NCBI GenBank assembly: GCA_964501475.1
Contig: CAZCUL010000468.1
Location: 1 to 30,936, forward strand
Reading direction: 5' to 3'
Source of the DNA: an uncultured Verrucomicrobiota bacterium
GTDB taxonomy: Bacteria; Verrucomicrobiota; Verrucomicrobiia; Limisphaerales; CAZCUL01
DNA: 30,936 bases
Shown: positions 26,258 through 30,936 of the stretch, piece after piece
Numbering within the stretch: the stretch's first letter is position 1
How the letters are laid out: every line of letters starts with the position of its first letter
The notes under the pieces: model-generated
Told to the model about the DNA's origin: nothing
The model's database searches: none
What the model saw: the letters and a program-made list of their open reading frames with translations, nothing else
Translations under genes and position numbers: made by a program

Positions 26258-26341
26258 TCGGCCTCTTTGAATCCGAATTCTTCGGTTCCTGTTTCCTGGA
26301 ATCAACGGCTCTTGGGGTTTCCCAGGGAAATGACGGGCCAA

Positions 26342-27058
26342 CTAACCCGAAGCGGGCTTTTCCCTGTCCTGCCAGTCCAATCCGTCGAAGGGGTTGTTCG
26401 AGAACTCCTCGGACGGCCGGGCGTCATTCTCCGCATCCGGGCGTTCCCGCTGAGGCGACGCCGCTGACTCGCCATCGGGCTGGCTGTCCCGCGGGTTCTT
26501 AGCGCGCTTGTTTCGCGGCAATGGACTCAGCATGACGGTCAGGCCGCGGCCAACCAGGCGAGGCGCCGCGTCGGGATGGCCGTAAGGCGCGACATCCTGA
26601 ATGAATTTCTGCACCACCTGAAAACCAAACTCCTTGTGAGCCATCTCGCGCCCGCGAAATCGGAGCGTCACTTTGACCTTCATTTCGTCACAGAGAAAAT
26701 CGATCGCATGAGTCAGCTTCACCCCGAAGTCATGCGGGTCGATCGAGGCGCTTAACTGAATCTCCTTAACCTTGTGGGCATGGTGGTGTTTGCGCGATTC
26801 CCGGGTCTTTTTGGCCTGTTCGTAGCAGTATCGTCCATAATCGATCAGGCGGCAGACAGGCGGCGTAGCATTTGGCGCCACCTCCACCAGGTCCACCCCT
26901 CTCGAACGCGCGAGGTTGAGGGCATCCCCCAGGCCGAGGATTCCGAGTTGCTGTCCGTCCGCCCCCACCACCCGCACTTCGCGGGCACGGATTCTCCCGT
27001 TGATTCTCGTATTGGAAGCGCCGGAATAAGTAAAACGTGGAGCGTACGGGCGACTCAA
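26342..27058 (-). CDS. infC: Translation initiation factor IF-3
   Basis: RINGRIRAREVRVVGADGQQLGI, DLVEVAPNATPPVCRLIDYG, VKEIQL...IDPHDF..KL and KVKVTLRFRGRE. TTG start preceded by GAGGGGAG. Charged, low-complexity C-terminal tail. Confidence 0.97.
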   Translation of the reverse strand: MSRPYAPRFTYSGASNTRINGRIRAREVRVVGADGQQLGILGLGDALNLARSRGVDLVEVAPNATPPVCRLIDYGRYCYEQAKKTRESRKHHHAHKVKEIQLSASIDPHDFGVKLTHAIDFLCDEMKVKVTLRFRGREMAHKEFGFQVVQKFIQDVAPYGHPDAAPRLVGRGLTVMLSPLPRNKRAKNPRDSQPDGESAASPQRERPDAENDARPSEEFSNNPFDGLDWQDREKPASG

Positions 27059-27146
27059 GCTCCCCTCACCGGTTGAAACTTATCCATGCAGAAATAATCA
27101 CCGTTTAGCTTATCGAACCGACTGCCCAGGCCATTTAAGCGACGGT

Positions 27147-27175
27147 AATCTATGCAGCAGACCTCTCGGCGGCAA
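27147..27175 (-). promoter_or_regulatory. Putative sigma70 promoter of infC
   Basis: On the - strand: TTGCCG (27175-27170), 17 nt, TAGATT (27152-27147). Confidence 0.5.
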
Positions 27176-27322
27176 GTCAAATCCTCTTTGCGATTCGATT
27201 TTCCAGAACATAGTTTTGCCCGGATTATTCGTCGTGGTCGCGGGCATCGGTCGCGGCCTTTATCGTCAATCTTTTAAGCGTGCGCATGGCCGCTGCCGCT
27301 TTTATCTTCGCGCCCAGTCGTC

Positions 27323-28537
27323 ATGCCAACACTCAAACCATTCGCCGCCCTGCGGCCCAAACCCGACTTGGCAGCAAAGATTTGCGAGCTTCCTTATGAC
27401 GTCATGTCGTCCGAGGAAGCGCGTCGGATCGCCGCCGGCAATCCCCTCAGTTTCCTCCGCGTGAGCAAGCCGGAAATCGATCTTCCCTCCGAAACGAATC
27501 CCTATGTCGACTCCATTTATGCAAAGGGGAAGGAGAATTTCACCCGCTTAATCCATGAAGGCGCTCTCCGTCAGGACCAGCAGCCATGCTTCCATCTCTA
27601 CCGCCAGATTATGGGCCGGCACCAACAGCTTGGCCTGGTCGCGGTCGCAAGTTGCGACGATTATCTCCACGGTGTCATTAGGAAACATGAACTCACGCGG
27701 CCGGACAAGGAGCAGGATCGCGTCCGGCATATCGACACACTGGACGCCCAAACCGGCCCGGTCTTTCTGACATACCGGGCCGTGCCCGGCCTGGATTACT
27801 TCTTGAATCGGTTGACCGAGGCAAACCCGGCCGTCGATTTCGTTGCCCGGGATGGGATCAGGCATTCGTCGTGGATGATCGACAGCGCCGACGCCATCGA
27901 GTCGATTCGCCAGGCATTTGTGGGTATCCCCAACCTCTACATTGCTGATGGTCACCACCGCAGCGCTGCCGCCGCGCGGGTGTTCCAGGAACGAAAGGGC
28001 TCGGGAGAAAGCGCCTGGTTTCTGGCGGTGATCTTCCCGCATTCGCAAATGCAGATCCTCCCCTATAATCGCCTCCTCAAAGATCTCAGTGGCCATTCCA
28101 GCGCCGCGCTCCTGGAGAAATTGGAGGGTGTTTTTACTATCCAGGACAAAGGTTCGCCACAACCGGCTCACCGTCACCAATTGGGCTTTTACATGGATAA
28201 ACGTTGGCGCGCCCTCGCTTTTCGGCCGCATCTCGCCGCCATTTCGGACCCGGTCGAGAAGCTCGATGTCACGTTGCTTCAGAAACAGGTGTTGGCTCCC
28301 ATCTTCGGGATCGACGATCCGCGCACCAGTCAACGCGTTCAGTTCGTCGGGGGGATTCGCGGCACTGCCGAACTCGAAAGGCTCGTGGATTCGGGCGAGA
28401 ATGCTTGCGCCTTTTCCATGTTCCCCACCAGCATCGAAGAACTGATGGCGATCTCGGACGCGGGCGGCATCATGCCGCCCAAAAGCACCTGGTTCGAGCC
28501 CAAGCTGCGCGACGGGATGTTTTGTCACTTGATTTGA
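27323..28537 (+). CDS. DUF1015-family protein (ParB/Srx-like DGHHR motif)
   Basis: PFAALRP, LPYDVMS, HELTRPDKEQDR, LYIADGHHRSAAA and a C-terminal MPPKSTWFEPKLRDG. Confidence 0.88.
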   Translation: MPTLKPFAALRPKPDLAAKICELPYDVMSSEEARRIAAGNPLSFLRVSKPEIDLPSETNPYVDSIYAKGKENFTRLIHEGALRQDQQPCFHLYRQIMGRHQQLGLVAVASCDDYLHGVIRKHELTRPDKEQDRVRHIDTLDAQTGPVFLTYRAVPGLDYFLNRLTEANPAVDFVARDGIRHSSWMIDSADAIESIRQAFVGIPNLYIADGHHRSAAAARVFQERKGSGESAWFLAVIFPHSQMQILPYNRLLKDLSGHSSAALLEKLEGVFTIQDKGSPQPAHRHQLGFYMDKRWRALAFRPHLAAISDPVEKLDVTLLQKQVLAPIFGIDDPRTSQRVQFVGGIRGTAELERLVDSGENACAFSMFPTSIEELMAISDAGGIMPPKSTWFEPKLRDGMFCHLI

Positions 28538-28660
28538 GCGCGCGCCGGGGCGGTTCTGGAGCGCAGAATCTCCGCGCGCGAATGGCATGGAGCGCTTGTG
28601 CTTGCGCTCTCCCGGCGGCAGTGGACCCGGTTTATCAGTCGGAAACCGAAGCGGGTGAGA

Positions 28661-30070
28661 TCAGACCACCCGGCGCATTTGCACCGCATCGACCATTTGA
28701 TCGCCGGCGTCCATCGAAGTGATCACCACGCAAGTGTCCCCTTCTTTCAGCAGGTTCCGCTTCAGCAGAGTTTTCAAAGCCAGCCGCACGTTTTGCTCCG
28801 GATCAACGTGATCGTAAGCAATGACAAACGGCGTCACTCCCCGATAAAGTGTCAACGAATCGGCCACCTCGATTCGGTCGCAGAAGGCGAAGATGGGAGA
28901 ATAGTGCGGACGCGCCCAGGCCGCATTCCGCGCCATGTGGCCGCGGAGGGTAAAAACCAGAATCGCGTCTGCTTTCAGATGGTCCGCCATGACCACGGCG
29001 CTCTTGACCATTTTTTGCCGTGGACTGGTGAGATTGGCGTCTTCGTGGTAGCCGGCGCCGCCACTCCGCTCGATCCGCATTGAAATGCGCTCAAACACTT
29101 CGAGGCATTTCAGCGGATACTTCCCCACGGTCGTTTCGCCGCTCAGCATGATCGCATCCGCCTGCTCGAAGACGGCGTTGGCCACATCGGTAATTTCAGC
29201 CCGGGTCGGCAGCGGATTCTCGATCATGCTTTCCAACATGTGCGTCGCCACGATGACCGGGCGGCCCAAACGAGCGCACTCTTTCACGATCTTCCGCTGA
29301 ATGATGGGCATCTCCTCGTAAGGCACCTCAATCCCCAGATCCCCCCGCGCCACCATGATTACGTCGGCTTCCTCAATAATTTCGATCAGGTTTCGCACCG
29401 CCATCTGATCTTCAATCTTGGCCACGATGGGCGGCTTGTGCCGCGAAGAGGCGATCAGTTTTTTCAAATCGGCGATGTCTTTGGCCTCGCGCACGAATGA
29501 CAATGCGAAGTAATCCGCGCCCACTTCCAGGCCCAGTGCGACGTCGGCCTTATCCTTCTCCGTCAGCGAGGGCATGCTGACCTTGACCCCGGGGAGATTG
29601 ATGTGCCGGCGGCTGCCGAGCTTGCCCGGGGTGAGCACTTCGCATTCGACCTTGTTGGCATGTTTGGCCAGCACTTTCATGTGGATCTCGCCATTGTCGA
29701 TCAGGACCACGTCGCCGACCGCGATGTCGTTGACAAAATTCTCGTAATTAACGTCCACCGAATGCAGTTCCTCGCTCCTCTCACCGCGGACGGTCAGCAC
29801 AAAGCGTTGCCCCGGCTGGAGGTCCAGTGGCACCGGCAGATCGCCGGTGCGAATGGCCGGTCCTTGCGTGTCCATCAACACACCCACTGCCGCGCCGCGC
29901 GCCTTGGCCGCGGATCGGATATCGCTGACCACACGGCGCACCCAATTGTGCGGCGCATGCGACATATTCAGCCGCGCGACGTTCATGCCTGCGTCGATCA
30001 GCTTGCCGATCATCTCGGCCGAGTCGGTGGAGGGTCCGAGGGTGGCCACGATTTTGGTCTTTCGCATCAT
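28661..30070 (-). CDS. pyk: Pyruvate kinase
   Basis: KTKIVATLGPS, ARLNMSH, IVAKIE, IMVARGDLGIE, PTRAEITDVANAV and DAIMLSGET. The start is 30070 or 30067. Confidence 0.97.
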   Translation of the reverse strand: MMRKTKIVATLGPSTDSAEMIGKLIDAGMNVARLNMSHAPHNWVRRVVSDIRSAAKARGAAVGVLMDTQGPAIRTGDLPVPLDLQPGQRFVLTVRGERSEELHSVDVNYENFVNDIAVGDVVLIDNGEIHMKVLAKHANKVECEVLTPGKLGSRRHINLPGVKVSMPSLTEKDKADVALGLEVGADYFALSFVREAKDIADLKKLIASSRHKPPIVAKIEDQMAVRNLIEIIEEADVIMVARGDLGIEVPYEEMPIIQRKIVKECARLGRPVIVATHMLESMIENPLPTRAEITDVANAVFEQADAIMLSGETTVGKYPLKCLEVFERISMRIERSGGAGYHEDANLTSPRQKMVKSAVVMADHLKADAILVFTLRGHMARNAAWARPHYSPIFAFCDRIEVADSLTLYRGVTPFVIAYDHVDPEQNVRLALKTLLKRNLLKEGDTCVVITSMDAGDQMVDAVQMRRVV

Positions 30071-30294
30071 GCGTTCTTCGCGAGCAACTTAGAAACAAAC
30101 GGCCCGGGATTTGAAGGCTTTATTTGAAGGGATCTCTCCAGGTCCGGCGAGACCGCAACAAACGTCCTCGTCCAAGATGCTCATCGGACGACTGAAAGCG
30201 GCGCGAATCCACTCGGCGTGACACCAAAAACCACTTGGGGCTTGATCTTTGACCTGCCTGCCGCAGAATGTTCTCGAAGGACAGTTCTGTTTTT

Positions 30295-30540
30295 ATGGCT
30301 GATATTGCGAACCGATACCCCGACAACGTTACAGGCAAATACTTTGTCGATAATCAGTGCATTGACTGCGATTTGTGCCGGGAAACGGCTCCGACCAATT
30401 TTACCCGGAACGACGACGGCGGTTATTCCTACGTCTTCAAGCAGCCCGAAAGCGAAGAGGAAGAGAAGCAGTGCAAGGAAGCCATGGAAGGCTGTCCCGT
30501 GGAGGCCATCGGGAACAACGGCGACCAACCATCTTCATAA
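30295..30540 (+). CDS. Single-cluster [4Fe-4S]/[3Fe-4S] ferredoxin
   Basis: 81-aa acidic protein with CIDCDLC...CPVEAI, divergent from pyk. I preferred the ATG at 30295 to 30268. Confidence 0.9.
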   Translation: MADIANRYPDNVTGKYFVDNQCIDCDLCRETAPTNFTRNDDGGYSYVFKQPESEEEEKQCKEAMEGCPVEAIGNNGDQPSS

Positions 30541-30614
30541 TAGCCGGCGAGGCAGGGCGTAACGAAAGTCGGGGCCTGCTCACCGCGGTTCCTCCCGGGA
30601 TTAGGCGAAAGAAC

Positions 30615-30935
30615 TCAGGGAACGCGCCGCGGAGAACGCCGGAACCCGTTCTGAGCCCAGACCCGCCAGACCATCCAAAAGGCTTCCCGCACGATCTTCC
30701 CCGACATCTTGGAACTGCCTTGAAATCGGTCGGTGAAGATGATGGGCACTTCCGCGATTTTCATCCCTTTCATCCAGATTTTGTGGGTGAGCTCTATTTG
30801 AAAGCTATAGCCGTTGGAGCGAACCGCTTCCAGGTCGATGGACTGAAGCGTTTCTCGGCGGAAACATTTATAGCCTCCGGTGGGATCGGAGAAAGGCATG
30901 CCAGTGATGATCCGCACGTATTTGCCCGCTGCCAT
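30615..30935 (-). CDS. C-terminal part of a GT2 polyprenol-monophosphomannose synthase (Dpm1/Ppm1-like); 5' end lies beyond the window
   Basis: DPTGGYKCFRRETL, SNGYSFQIE and EVPIIFTDRFQGSSKMS. The frame reaches the right edge of the window. Confidence 0.88.
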   Translation of the reverse strand: MAAGKYVRIITGMPFSDPTGGYKCFRRETLQSIDLEAVRSNGYSFQIELTHKIWMKGMKIAEVPIIFTDRFQGSSKMSGKIVREAFWMVWRVWAQNGFRRSPRRVP

Positions 30936-30936
30936 G

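Noticed and set aside
26276-26330. Small palindromes between the response regulator and infC (CCGAA-TTC-TTCGG, TTTCCC-A-GGGAAA)
   Set aside because: Stems of 5-6 bp are within chance expectation.
27059-27322. tRNA, L20 leader or other ncRNA upstream of infC
   Set aside because: No cloverleaf, T-loop or recognisable leader motif seen. An Infernal/Rfam scan would be needed to exclude one formally.
28538-28610. Bidirectional terminator between DUF1015 and pyk
   Set aside because: Short hairpins are present (GGTTCTG/CAGAATC and GAGCGC/GCGCTC), but neither has a U-tract, so function cannot be supported.
21971-29083. Antisense ORFs at 21971-22792, 27548-28588 and 28598-29083
   Set aside because: Shadows of the Tat protein, DUF1015 and pyk.

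Overview
GC-rich bacterial chromosomal window. A PVC-type CxxCH dehydrogenase fusion and the style of its intergenic repeats suggest Verrucomicrobiota or another PVC lineage (inference, no database search run). It holds 22 supportable CDSs, two of them truncated by the window edges. The standout is a five-gene envelope module at 4405-14914. A two-partner secretion pair (FHA-like TpsA plus ShlB/FhaC-like TpsB, + strand) converges on a - strand cluster of a signal-peptide TPR-CHAT (caspase-fold) protease, a CHASE2 class III nucleotide cyclase and an exported DUF928 protein. The cyclase has guanylyl-type specificity residues (Glu490 with Lys568), so the module may be a protease-linked, surface-sensing cGMP system. 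The rest is mostly metabolic or housekeeping: thiH-thiS-glcD-glcF, an SDR, a phosphatase/sulfurtransferase-cytochrome c' lipoprotein, a YlbF-family protein, a Tat-exported deacetylase-like protein, batD, a REP-like palindrome cluster, a lone response regulator, infC, DUF1015, pyk, a ferredoxin and a partial GT2. I found no rRNA, tRNA, CRISPR array, transposase or integrase. All family assignments come from motif recognition by eye.
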